A stretch of DNA of 64,000 nt from an uncultured Chloroflexia bacterium (GTDB lineage: Bacteria; Chloroflexota; Limnocylindria; Limnocylindrales; CSP1-4): NCBI GenBank assembly GCA_963828165.1, contig CAWHDR010000005.1, forward strand, positions 1 through 64,000. The letters run 5' to 3'. Made by a program: the position numbers and the translations under genes. The notes under the pieces were generated by a model. The model made no database searches, was not told where the DNA came from, and worked only from the letters and a program-made list of their open reading frames with translations. Shown piece after piece: positions 29,760 through 40,384 of the stretch. Numbering within the stretch: position 1 is the stretch's first letter; every line of letters begins with the position of its first letter.

Positions 29760-30945
29760 TCACGCGGACTGCTCCGCGACTTCACCGCCACTTACCCGGC
29801 CCGCGCGCGAGCGCAGATCGGTCATATCGGCGGGGAACGTTCCGGCCCGGATCGAGGCTCGGATCCTGGCCATGAAGTCTAGGGTGAAGGTCAGGTTGTG
29901 ACAAGTCGCGAGCCGGTAGGCGAGCAGCTCCTTGGCGCGGAACAGATGGGCCAGATACGCCCGCGAGAAGCGCCGGCAGAACAGGCACGGACAGTCCTCC
30001 TGGACCGGCGCCGGATCGTCCAGGTGAGCTCGATTGCGCAGGTTCAATCGACCGCCCGGTACCCACAGCTGCCCGTTCCGTGCCACCCGCGCCGGGAGCA
30101 CGCTGTCGAACAGGTCGACCCCGCGGTGCACCGCCTCGAGCAGGTCGGCCGGAGAACCCAGGCCCATGAGGTAGCGCGGCCGCGGGTCGTCGGCCAGCAG
30201 CGGGATCGCGACATCGAGGGCCGCGTCGCGCTGCTCCGGCGTCTCGTCGCCGGCCAGCCCGCCGATGCAGATGCCATCGAATGGGAGGGCCGCGATGAAC
30301 CGTGTCGACGCCTCGCGCAACTCCGGGTCCAGGCCGCCCTGGACGATGCCGAACATCGCCTGGTCCTCGCGCGTGTGCGCGGCGAGCGACCGCTCCGCCC
30401 AGCGGTGCGTCCGCGCGGTCGCGTCGGCAACGACCTCGCGCGGCGAGCTCGGGTAGACCGGCTGGTCGAAGGCGACCGCGATGTCGGAGCCGAGCGACTC
30501 CTGGACGGCCGTCGCGTGCTCCGGAGTGAACCGGTGGATCGACCCGTCGAGGTGCGAGCGGAACGTCACCCCGTCCTCGTCGACGACCCGCAGGTCGCCG
30601 AGCGACACGACCTGGAACCCGCCCGAGTCGGTCAGGATCGGCCGGTCCCAGTCCATGAACCGGTGCAGTCCGCCGAGCCGCTCGATCCGCTCGTGGCCGG
30701 GCCGCAGGTACAGGTGGTAGGTGTTGCCCAGGATGATCGACGCGCCCGCGTCGCGGAGGTCGTCGGGGGTCAGGGCCTTGACCGTGGCGTTCGTGCCGAC
30801 CGGCATGAACTGCGGCGTCTCGACCATGCCATGGGTCAGCGTCAGCGGCCCGGCCCGTCGCCCGCGTCGAGCCATCGGCCGGCGGCGGGACCTCGACCTC
30901 GTACGGGCGGCACGACCGCGCGAACACGGTCTCAGGGCCGGTCAC
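29760..30945 (-). CDS. tgt: Queuine tRNA-ribosyltransferase
   Basis: TPQFMPVGT, GNTYHL, LTDSGGFQ, GIVQGG, RYLMG, C-x-C-xx-C; N-terminal indel. Confidence 0.96.
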
Positions 30946-32038
30946 CGAGCGTTCAGGCGCCCCGGCTCGATCCGTCGTCCCACAGCCCGACGGCATGCCG
31001 GGATCCGATCGGCGCGGCGGCGGGATCTCGTAGCCGAGCCCGGACAGGTGCGCCCGGCCGAGGTCGGTCGCGATGCGCCCCTGCGGTGTCCGGTCGATGA
31101 ACCCGAGGCGCAGGAGGAACGGCTCGTGGACGTCCTCGATGGTGTCGGTCTCCTCGGACAGGACCGCGGCCAGGGCGGCGACCCCGACCGGCCCCGAGGC
31201 GAACTTCTGGACGATCGCGGCGAGCAGCTTGCGGTCCGCCGAATCGAGCCCCTCGTCGTCGATCTCCATCATGCGCATGGCCGATCTGCGCGGTCGCTTC
31301 GTCGACCCGGCCGTCGCCGTGGACCTGGGCGTTGTCGCGGACCCGCTTGAGCAGCCGGTTGACGATCCGGGGCGTGCCCCGTCCGCGCCGGGCGATCGCC
31401 TCGCATCGCGGCCGCGTCGATCGGTGACGCCCAGGATCTCCGCCGAGCGCCGGACGATCGACGCCAGCTCGTCGTCGGTGTAGAAGTCGAGCCGGTAGGT
31501 CGCCCCGAAGCGGTCACGCAACGGGGAGCTGATGCGGCCCGCCCGGGTCGTGGCGCCGACGATCGTGAACGGCTTCAGGCTGAGCCGCAGGCTCCGGGCG
31601 CGAGGGACCCTTGCCGATCATCACGTCGAGGGCGTAGTCCTCCATCGCCGGGTAGAGGATCTCCTCGACGGCGCGATTGAGGCGGTGGACCTCGTCGATG
31701 AACAGGACGTCGCGTTCGTCGAGCGACGTCAGGATCGCGGCGAGGTCGCCGGCGCGCTCGATGGCCGGGCCGGACGTGTAGCGGACGTTGACCCCGAGCT
31801 CGCGCGCGACGATCGTCGCGAGGGTCGTCTTGCCGAGTCCGGGCGGGCCGTACAGCAGGATGTGGTCGGCCGCCTCTCCCCTGCCCTTCGCGGCCTGGAG
31901 CAGCACGGACAGGTTGGCCTTGACCTCCTGCTGACCGATGTATTCGGCGAGCGACCGCGGCCGAAGCGAGCCCTCGACGACGAGGTCCGCCTCGTCCTCG
32001 ATATCGCCGGACAGGATGTGCGAGACGTCGTCGACCAT
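30942..32038 (-). CDS. ruvB: Holliday junction branch migration helicase, frameshifted
   Basis: [45 protein letters not shown]; 3' end approximate. Confidence 0.95.
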
Positions 32039-32139
32039 CGCGCGTGATGGTAGCACAGCGCACGTCCATTTCGCACGGATGTTCGAACGTCTCGGAATGG
32101 CCACCACGCGACTAGGCATTCGGGTCTACCATGCCGCGC

Positions 32140-32616
32140 ATGCGACTGTCGCGCCGCTCCGAATACGGCCTCCGCGCGCTGGTCGACCTCGTCCGACACG
32201 ATGGCGCCGGACCGGTCGCCCTGGGCGCCCTGGCCCAGCGGAACAACCTGCCGACGAAGTTCCTCGAGCAGATCATGGCGACCCTCAAGCACGGCGGGGT
32301 CGTCCGCACGACGCTCGGGTCCCACGGTGGCTACGCGATGGCCGCCGACGCGTCGGCGGTGTCGATCGGGCGGGTCATCCGGCTGCTCGACGGGGCGCTG
32401 GCGCCGCTCCCCTGCGTCTCGCTGCGCTACTACGGGCGTTGTTCGTGTCCGGACGAGGCGACCTGCCCGCTACGCGACGTGATGATCGATGTCCGCGACG
32501 TCATGCTCGAGATCCTCGACAAGGAGAGCCTGGCCGAGCTCGCGGCCCGCGAGGGCCGGGCGTCCATCGACCCACGCGGGCTGCACGAGGACGCCCTGGC
32601 CGGCCGCCGGCCGTAG
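32140..32616 (+). CDS. Rrf2 family transcriptional regulator
   Basis: SEYGLRAL, FLEQIM, GSHGGY, Cys cluster PCVS..CSCPDEATC. Confidence 0.9.
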   Translation: MRLSRRSEYGLRALVDLVRHDGAGPVALGALAQRNNLPTKFLEQIMATLKHGGVVRTTLGSHGGYAMAADASAVSIGRVIRLLDGALAPLPCVSLRYYGRCSCPDEATCPLRDVMIDVRDVMLEILDKESLAELAAREGRASIDPRGLHEDALAGRRP

Positions 32617-32629
32617 GCTCGGGCCGGCG

Positions 32630-33226
32630 CTAGTCGCGGAGCAAGCTCCGCAGCGCCGCCTTGACCCGCTCCTCGAGGTTCGTGCCCACGCCGACGTCGG
32701 CAAGGGCCGTCCGCGACGCCTCGCGTGCCTCCGCCAGCGAGTAGCCCAGCGCCTGGAGCGCGGCCACGATCTCGCCCTCCCCGGCGGCGCCACCCGGCCC
32801 GGACGGGCCGAGCGCCGCGACCCCGGCCGCAGCGACCTTCTCCTTGAGCTCGAAGATGATCCGCTCGGCCAGCTTCTTGCCGATGCCCGGGATCGACACG
32901 AGCACGGCCTGATCCGCGGTCATGATCGCGAGCTGGAGATCCGCGATCGGCCGCGACCCGACGATCGCCAGCGCCACCTTGGGCCCGACGCTGTTCACGG
33001 TCAGCAGCAGGTTGAAGAACCCGAGCTCCTCCGCGGTCCGAAATCCGTACAGCGCCTGCTGGTCCTCGCGGACGAGGTGGTACGTGTGCAGCTTCAGCCG
33101 GCCCCCCGCCACGGCCGAGGCGATGATCGCCGGCGCCGCGAACACCCGGTACCCCATCCCGCCGACCTCGATGACGAGCGAATCGGCCGTGATCGCCCCG
33201 ACGACCCCCTCGACCGACGCGATCAC
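32630..33226 (-). CDS. ruvA: Holliday junction binding protein
   Basis: VGGMGY, VREDQQALYGF, VGPKVAL, IPGIGKKLAERI, ALQALGY. Confidence 0.96.
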   Translation of the reverse strand: MIASVEGVVGAITADSLVIEVGGMGYRVFAAPAIIASAVAGGRLKLHTYHLVREDQQALYGFRTAEELGFFNLLLTVNSVGPKVALAIVGSRPIADLQLAIMTADQAVLVSIPGIGKKLAERIIFELKEKVAAAGVAALGPSGPGGAAGEGEIVAALQALGYSLAEAREASRTALADVGVGTNLEERVKAALRSLLRD

Positions 33227-33233
33227 CTCGTCG

Positions 33234-33852
33234 CTACGACGCGGTGCGCTTGGCGGCGAGGGCGTCGGCCTTCTCGCGGGCGATCGCCTCGCGCACGGCG
33301 CGCTCGTAGCCCGAGCCACCGCGCGTGATGGGCGCGACGGCCGAGCGGTCCATCACGGCCGCCGTGGCCGCGCCGACCCCGGAGCTCTCCGTGTTCGCCG
33401 CCCAGACCGCGATCGCGAGCGCGTCCGCGGCGTCGTCCGGTCGGGGGCGCTCGGCCATCGCGAGCACGACCTGGACCATCCGCTGGACCTGCTCCTTGTC
33501 CGCCGCCCCGTAGCCCGCGATGGCCGACTTGACTTCGTTCGGGGTCGCTTCGCGGACCGGCACGGCGTGCTGGGCCGCCGCCAGCAGCACGACCCCGCGC
33601 GCCTGGCCGACCGCGAAGGCCGTCTGCACGTTCTTCGAGAAGAACAGGCGCTCGACGGCAACCACGTGTGGCTGGTGGAGCGCGATCAGCTCGTCGACGC
33701 AGGTGTGGATCGCGTGTAACCGCTCGGGCAGGGACGAATCAGGCTGACGTCACGAGGCAGCCGTGGTCCACCTCGCGCACGCGGCCGCGCGTCGCCTCCA
33801 CGATCCCGTAGCCCAGCGCCGCGGTCCCCGGGTCGATGCCCAGGACGATCAC
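33234..33852 (-). CDS. ruvC: Crossover junction endodeoxyribonuclease, frameshifted
   Basis: VLGIDPG, VERLFFSKN, GQARGV, GAADKEQV, DDAADALAIA. Confidence 0.95.
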
Positions 33853-34601
33853 CCGGCGACCTCGGCGAAGACCTCTTCGGGGATGTCGAAGTTGGCCGTC
33901 ACGCGCGATACGTCCTCGAGGTCCTCGAGCGACTCCACGAGCCGGAGGGCCTGACGCGCCTTCGCGACGTCCAGCTCGACGGTCTGTTTCGCGACCATCG
34001 TGGACTCGGCCGATTCGACGGGCACGCCGGCGCCTTCGAGGGCGGCCCGGACGGCCTCGAGCTCGGCGGGCGTCGTGTAGACCCCGATCGCCTCGTCGTC
34101 GTCGGTGTCGACGTCCTCGGCGCCGGCATCGATCGCGGACAGCGTGACCTCGTCCGCATCCAGCCCTGCGCGAGGCACCGTGATCAGGCCTCGCGGCTCG
34201 AACTGCCACGCGACCGCACCCGAGCCCGCGAGCTGGCCGCCGGACTTCGCGAACATCGAGCGGACTTCCGCCGCGGTCCGGTTGCGATTGTCGGTCTGGG
34301 CCTCGACGAGGACCGCCACACCGCCGGGGCCGTAGCCCTCGTAGACGATCTCTTCGTACTGCTCGGCCTCGCCGCCACCGGTCGCCTTGTCGATCGTCCG
34401 CTTGATGTTGTCGGACGGCATGTTCACCGAGCGCGCCTTCTCGATCGCGAGGCGGAGCCGGTAGTTCGCGTCAGGGTCGCCGCCGCCCTGCCGAGCGGCC
34501 ACGCTGATCTCGCGCGCGACCTTCGTGAAGAGCGCGCCGCGCTTGGCGTCGGTCACGCCTTTCTGGCGCTTGATCGTGGACCATTTGCTATGACCTGACA
34601 T
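33849..34601 (-). CDS. YebC/PmpR family protein
   Basis: MSGHSKWSTIK, YEGYGPGG, TDNRNRT. Confidence 0.96.
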   Translation of the reverse strand: MSGHSKWSTIKRQKGVTDAKRGALFTKVAREISVAARQGGGDPDANYRLRLAIEKARSVNMPSDNIKRTIDKATGGGEAEQYEEIVYEGYGPGGVAVLVEAQTDNRNRTAAEVRSMFAKSGGQLAGSGAVAWQFEPRGLITVPRAGLDADEVTLSAIDAGAEDVDTDDDEAIGVYTTPAELEAVRAALEGAGVPVESAESTMVAKQTVELDVAKARQALRLVESLEDLEDVSRVTANFDIPEEVFAEVAG

Positions 34602-34691
34602 CGCGGGCCGGAGTATAGCCGACTATCATGGCCGAACCCCGCTCCCTACCGGCCCCGGTCGCACCCTTCCACAGGAGGAACGTCTGGCCCG

Positions 34692-36788
34692 ATGACGATG
34701 AAGAGCGTCGACCTGCCCCACCTCCGAAGCGTCGTCCTGGCCGGCCACGCCGGCGGCGGCAAGACGACGCTCGCGGAGCAGTTGCTGTTCAACGCCGGAG
34801 CGATCCCGCGGCTGGGTCGCGTGGACGATGGCAGCGCCCACCTGGACTTCGAGCCCGAGGAGCAGAAGCGCCGCGAGTCGCTGAGCCTGGCGGTCGGGAC
34901 CTTCGAGCACGACGGCACCCGGATCTCGCTCGTCGACACGCCCGGCTACCCGGACTTCGTCGCCGATACGGTCGAGGGGTTCGCGGCGGCCGACGGCGCC
35001 CTGTTCGTCATGGACGCGTCCGCGGGCGTCGGGGCGGGGCTCGAGCAGGCGGTCGCCCTGGGTCGCAAGAGCGGGACGGCGGCATGCTTCTTCATCAACA
35101 AGTCCGACCGTGAGAACGCCGACCCGACGGCCGCGCTCGATGCCCTCCGAGCGACCTTCGGCGACAAGATCGCCCCGCTCCAGATCGCGATCGGGGCAGC
35201 CGATTCGTTCGACGGCCACATCGACCTCGTCCATCGGAAGGCCTACAAGTGGAACGGCACGGACGAAGTCGAGATCCCGATGCCCGAGGAGCTCGCCGAC
35301 GAGGTCGCGATGCGCCGCGACCAGCTCCTCGCAGCCGCGGCCGAGGCCGACGACGACGTGCTGGTCAAGTACCTCGACGGGGAGGACGTCTCCGACCCCG
35401 AGCTCGAGGCCTGCCTGCGCAAGGGCGTGAAGGAAAGCATCCTGGCGCCGGTCCTCGTGGGTTCGGCGGCCAAGGGCATCGGTCTGCGTGCGCTGCTCGA
35501 CGCCATCGTCCGCTACCTCCCCTCCCCGGCCGACGAGGCGCCCTCCCAGGCCATCGACAAGGGTGGCGCGGACGTCGAGATCCCCGCCGACGAGAACGGT
35601 CCCCTCCTGGTCCGGGTCTTCAAGACGACCGCGGACCCGTTCGTCGGCCGGCTCACCTATCTGCGGGTCCTCTCGGGCACGCTGCGCTCCCAGGCGCACG
35701 TCTGGAACACGACTCGCGACCAGGACGAGCGGATCGGGCAGCTCCTGCTGCTGCACGGCAAGGACCAGGAGCCCATCGGCGAGCTGAAGGCCGGCGAGAT
35801 CGGGGCGGTCGCCAAGCTGGCCGTGACCGAGACCGGCGACACGCTCGCCACGAAGGAGCGGCCGCTGCAGTTGCCGGCCCTCGAGTTCCCGGCTCCGTCG
35901 CTGCTGGTCGCCATCGAGCCGGTCTCCAAGCAGGACCTCGACAAGATGGGGCCTGCCCTCGCCCGGATGCTCGAGGAGGAGCCGACCGCTCGTCTCGAGC
36001 GCTCGGACACCGGCGAGCAGGTGCTCCGGACGATGGGCGAGGCCCACACCGCGGTGATCATCGAGCGGCTCAAGCGCAAGTTCGGGGCCGCGATCGCGAC
36101 CCACACCCCCAAGGTGCCGTACCGGGAGACGATCCGCGGGACGACCAAGGTCCACGGCCGCTACAAGAAGCAGACCGGTGGCCACGGGATGTTCGGCGAC
36201 GTCTGGCTGGAGCTGGAGCCGAATCCCGGCGCCGGCATCGAGTTCGCGGAGAAGGTCGTCGGCGGGTCGGTGCCCAAGGGGTTCTTCGCCGGCGTGGAGA
36301 AAGGGGTCCGCGAGGCGGCGGCCGAGGGCGTGCTCGCCGGCTATCCCCTGTCCGACTTCAAGGCCACCCTCTACGACGGCTCGTTCCACCCGGTCGACTC
36401 GAACGAGCTGTCGTTCAAGATCGCGGCCTCGATGGCGCTCAAGGACGGCGTCCAGCAGGCGCATCCGGCCCTGCTCGAGCCGATCATGGCGGTCGAGATC
36501 CGGGTGCCCGAGCAGTACATGGGCGAGGTCAATCGCGACCTGAACGGGAAGCGCGGCCGGGTCCTGGGCATGGACACCGACGGCAGCGATCAGATCATCA
36601 CGGCGCACGTGCCCCAGGCCGAGCTGTTCTCGTACGCGACGGAGCTGCGGTCACTGGCGCACGGGCGCGGCTCGTTCACCGCGGTCCTCGACCACTACGA
36701 GGACGTGCCGGGCCACGTCGCGGAGAAGGTCATCGAGGAGCACCGCAAGACCGGCGACGGGTCGGGCGGCGGGCACGCCGGTCGCTGA
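34692..36788 (+). CDS. fusA: Elongation factor G paralogue (EF-G2-like)
   Basis: GHAGGGKTT, DTPGYPDF, NKSD, MGEAH, KKQTGGHG, HPVDS; G2 motif reads RESLSL instead of RGITI; outside the str operon. Confidence 0.88.
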   Translation: MTMKSVDLPHLRSVVLAGHAGGGKTTLAEQLLFNAGAIPRLGRVDDGSAHLDFEPEEQKRRESLSLAVGTFEHDGTRISLVDTPGYPDFVADTVEGFAAADGALFVMDASAGVGAGLEQAVALGRKSGTAACFFINKSDRENADPTAALDALRATFGDKIAPLQIAIGAADSFDGHIDLVHRKAYKWNGTDEVEIPMPEELADEVAMRRDQLLAAAAEADDDVLVKYLDGEDVSDPELEACLRKGVKESILAPVLVGSAAKGIGLRALLDAIVRYLPSPADEAPSQAIDKGGADVEIPADENGPLLVRVFKTTADPFVGRLTYLRVLSGTLRSQAHVWNTTRDQDERIGQLLLLHGKDQEPIGELKAGEIGAVAKLAVTETGDTLATKERPLQLPALEFPAPSLLVAIEPVSKQDLDKMGPALARMLEEEPTARLERSDTGEQVLRTMGEAHTAVIIERLKRKFGAAIATHTPKVPYRETIRGTTKVHGRYKKQTGGHGMFGDVWLELEPNPGAGIEFAEKVVGGSVPKGFFAGVEKGVREAAAEGVLAGYPLSDFKATLYDGSFHPVDSNELSFKIAASMALKDGVQQAHPALLEPIMAVEIRVPEQYMGEVNRDLNGKRGRVLGMDTDGSDQIITAHVPQAELFSYATELRSLAHGRGSFTAVLDHYEDVPGHVAEKVIEEHRKTGDGSGGGHAGR

Positions 36789-37029
36789 GGCGTCCCGCGC
36801 GGTCCGGCGGCGGCCGCCCGGTTCCGGGCGACGTCAGCCCCAGGCACATCCCTGGCACAGGCGAGCGTGACCGAGCGCTTCGAACGCCCGATAGCGCGAT
36901 CTGGGCGCCGGTTCGTGCACGGCTGTCGCGAGATCGTGCCTGGTGATGACGGTCATGATCGGCCGCCGCACGGCTGTGCCGAGAACGTGTCTCGTGGTGA
37001 CGCGGGCTGGACCTGATCGGGGGCCGACG

Positions 37030-37770
37030 TCACCGCGAACGGCCGCGCATGGCCTGAGCGAGTTCAAACCGACCCTCGTACAGCGCCCGGCCCACGATCG
37101 CCCCGGCACAGCCGAGCGCCTGGACCACGTTGATGTCGTCAAGCGACGAAATCCCACCCGAAGCGATCACCTCGCCGCGACCGATGCGAAGCAGTCGTCC
37201 GAGGAGATCCACGTCCGGACCGCCGAGCCGGCCGTCCCGGTCGATGGCGGTCGCCTCGAACGTCGTTACGTCCTGGTCGGCGAGGGCGATCAAGGCATCC
37301 TCCGCGCGCACGCCCCGGGCGCCGGCGCGCCACCCCTCCCCGAGCGCCAGACCGTCTCGGACGTCCAGGGCGACCACGATCCGGTCGGGCCCGTGGGTCG
37401 CGACGAGGCGACCGGCAAATTCGGGGTCACGTAACGCCGCGGTGCCCACCACGGCGCGGGCGGCCCCCCCGGCGAGCACGGTGGCCACGGACTCGTCCGT
37501 CCGGAGGCCGCCCGCCACCTCGACCCGGAGCCGGTCCCCGACCGCTTCGACGATCCCGCGGATCACCGCGGTGTGTGCCGGTTCTCCGGTCCGGGCGCCG
37601 TCAAGGTCGACGACGTGGAGCCACCTCGCCCCGGCTTTCGCGAACGACCGGGCAACCGCCACCGGATCGTCGGAGAACGCGGTCTCCTGCTCGAAGTCGC
37701 CCTGCACGAGCCGAACCACGCGACCAGCGCGCAGGTCGATCGCGGGCAGGATCTCGAAGTCACTTGTCAC
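37030..37770 (-). CDS. hisA: ProFAR isomerase
   Basis: PAIDLRAGRVVRLVQG, LHVVDLDGA, GGLRT, IASGG. Confidence 0.95.
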   Translation of the reverse strand: MTSDFEILPAIDLRAGRVVRLVQGDFEQETAFSDDPVAVARSFAKAGARWLHVVDLDGARTGEPAHTAVIRGIVEAVGDRLRVEVAGGLRTDESVATVLAGGAARAVVGTAALRDPEFAGRLVATHGPDRIVVALDVRDGLALGEGWRAGARGVRAEDALIALADQDVTTFEATAIDRDGRLGGPDVDLLGRLLRIGRGEVIASGGISSLDDINVVQALGCAGAIVGRALYEGRFELAQAMRGRSR

Positions 37771-37785
37771 CGATGCCTCACCGTG

Positions 37786-37822
37786 TTATCGTTTTAGCAC
37801 GCTACTACGTTAGCACGATAGC
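37786..37822. promoter_or_regulatory. Candidate HisR (YerC/TrpR-like) operator between divergent hisA and yerC-his operon
   Basis: AT-rich patch with direct repeat TTAGCACGcTA (37794) / TTAGCACGaTA (37810); TAGC-AC-GCTA is palindromic. Confidence 0.6.
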
Positions 37823-37837
37823 GAGGTACCACGGGCG

Positions 37838-38126
37838 ATGGCCCAGGACTGGCGAACCCCCGACACGGAAGCGCTCTTCGACGCGATCCTCAGGCTCGAT
37901 ACGCCCGAGGAGGCCGAGCGCTACTTCCGCGACCTTCTGCACCCTGAAGGAGCTCCACGACATGGCCCAGCGCTGGGCGGTGGCGCGCCTCCTCGACCAG
38001 GGCATGCACTACGCCGAGATCTCGCGAACGACCGGCGCGAGCACCGCCACGATCACGCGGATCGCGTCGTGGCTCAACCACGGTGAGGGCGGCTACCGCG
38101 CGATGCTGGACAAGGCGAAGGCATGA
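37838..38126 (+). CDS. YerC/YecD family TrpR-like repressor, one frameshift
   Basis: LFDAILRL..YFRDL / CTLKELHDMAQRWAVA..GASTATITR..GEGGY. Confidence 0.9.
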
Positions 38127-38983
38127 GGGAGCGCCTCCGCCTTGCCGTCCCGAACAAGGGACGGATGGTCGAACCGACCCTTCGGCTCCTCCACGATGCC
38201 GGGCTCGTGTTCGACGAGCACGACCGCAGCCTCGTCGCCCGCGTCCAGAACCATGATCTCGACATCCTGTTCGTCCGGACCAACGACATCATCGAGTTCG
38301 TCGGCGACGGCGTGGCTGACCTCGGGATCACCGGGATCGACCTCCTGTCCGAGACCGGCGCCGAGCTACCGCGCATCCGCGAGCTGGGGTATGGCCGCTG
38401 CCGCCTGGCCGCCGCCGTCCCCAACGACACGCCCTATCGAACGGTCGAGGACCTGCGCGGGCTGCGCGTCGCGACCGCTCACCCCAACACCGCGCGTCGG
38501 TTCTTCGAAGCGCAGGGCATCGCGGTCGACATCATCCCGATCTCGGGTGCCGTGGAGGTCGCGCCACGCCTCGGTCTGGCCGAGGCCATCGTCGATCTCG
38601 TGTCCACCGGGTCCACCCTCGTCATGAACGGCCTGCGCCAGATCGGCGACGTCCTCGAGTCGGAAGCCGTCCTCGTCGCCAACTCGACGGCCGACCGTGA
38701 GCGCCGCGCCGACCTGGACGCGATCGACACGATGATCAGCGCCGTCATCGCCGCCCGCGGCCGGAAGTACGTGATGATGAACGCTCCCGCGGCCTGCCTG
38801 CCCGAGCTCGAGGCGCTCCTTCCGGCACTCGAATCCCCCACGGTCATCCCGCTCGCGCACGACGGCATGATCGCGATCCACTCGGTCGTCGGTGCGGACG
38901 ACGTCTGGGGGCTGCTCCCCCGCCTCAAGGCCTCGGGCGCATCCGGCATCCTCGTGCTCCCCATCGAGAAGATCGTCCCGTGA
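38123..38983 (+). CDS. hisG: ATP phosphoribosyltransferase (long form)
   Basis: LAVPNKGR, DLGITG, SGAVEVAP, DLVSTGSTL, C-terminal regulatory domain. Confidence 0.96.
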   Translation: MRERLRLAVPNKGRMVEPTLRLLHDAGLVFDEHDRSLVARVQNHDLDILFVRTNDIIEFVGDGVADLGITGIDLLSETGAELPRIRELGYGRCRLAAAVPNDTPYRTVEDLRGLRVATAHPNTARRFFEAQGIAVDIIPISGAVEVAPRLGLAEAIVDLVSTGSTLVMNGLRQIGDVLESEAVLVANSTADRERRADLDAIDTMISAVIAARGRKYVMMNAPAACLPELEALLPALESPTVIPLAHDGMIAIHSVVGADDVWGLLPRLKASGASGILVLPIEKIVP

Positions 38984-40384
38984 CCACGCCCGCCCCGGCG
39001 GAGACAGGGGTGGCGGCTCCGTCGTCGCCACTCCGTCTCCAACGCCTCGACCTGCGGGACGTGGCCGCGGGTGTGCCGGCGGCCGTCGCACATCGTCGCG
39101 CCCTCGTGCGACGGGGCGCGGTGCCCGATCCAGCCGTCCGCGAGGCGGCCCGCCAGACCCTCGCCGGCGTCCGCGAACGTGGCGACGCCGCGGTCCGTGA
39201 CGCCAACGCGCGGGTCGGTGGTGGCAGGGCCGATGGACGCCTCGTCGCCGAGCCAGCCGAGCTGCGCGCCGCGAGGGACGGCCTCGACAAGCGAACGCGC
39301 CGAGCCCTCGATCAGGCCATCGACCATGTCACCCGCTTCGCCGAGACCCAGCGACCGACCTCGACCCGCACGGAGATCGCGCCCGGGATCGAGATCGAAC
39401 GCCGCTGGGACCCGCTGGCCAGCGTCGGCGCCTACGTCCCGGGTGGTTCGGCGCCGTACCCGAGCTCCTTGATCATGACCGTCGTCCCGGCGCGCGTGGC
39501 CGGGGTCGATCGCGTCGTCGTCGCCAGCCCCGCGGACCGCGACGGCGTCACGAACCCCGTCCTGCTCGGCGTCTCCGGCCTGCTCGAGGTCGAAGCGTTC
39601 GTCGTCGCCGGTGGCGCCCAGGCGATCGGTGCCCTCGCCTACGGCCTGCCCGATGCCGGCCTGGACCCGGTCGACCGGATCGTCGGACCGGGCAACGCCT
39701 GGGTGACCGCGGCAAAGATCGAGGTCTGCGGCGAGGTCGGCATCGACCTGCCCGCGGGTCCATCCGAGGGCCTCGTCCTCGCCGCGCCGCCAGCCGATGC
39801 TCGCCGCGTGGCCCTGGACCTGCTGACCCAGGCCGAGCACGGCCCCGACTCCCCGGCCATCCTCGTCACGACCGACGCGGAGTTCGCGAAGGCGGTCGAA
39901 CGGGAGGTCGGCGCCCTGCTCGACACGGCGTCGCGCCGCGACATCCTCGCCCGTTCGCTCGCCGAGCACGGCCGGATCGTCCTCGCCCCGGACCTCGATG
40001 CCGCGATCGATTTCGTCAACGACTACGCGCCCGAGCATCTCTCGGTCGATGTCGAGCCGCTCGAACCGACCGTCGCTCGCCTACGCAATGCCGGCTCGCT
40101 GTTCGTCGGTCCGTGGGCGCCCGAATCGGCGGGTGACTACGCGACGGGTGCGAACCACGTGCTGCCGACCGGCGGGCTGGCTAGCTCGTCGGGCGGCGCT
40201 CTCGGTCGAGAGCTTCGGCAAGTTCGTCCAGGTCCAGCGGATCAGTCGCGACGGCCTGGCGAGCATCGCCGACACCATCACGACCCTGGCCGAGGCCGAG
40301 GGCCTGCTCGTCCACCGCGATGCCGTCACTCGCCGCTTCGAGGAGTCCGCATCCGCCGACGACCCGAACGGTACGGAACGATGA
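38980..40384 (+). CDS. hisD: Histidinol dehydrogenase, indel near 40200
   Basis: YVPGG, GGAQAI, GPGNAWV, AGPSE, QAEH, APEHL, GDYATGANHVLPT; C-terminus LAEAEGL..H lies in another frame. Confidence 0.95.
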
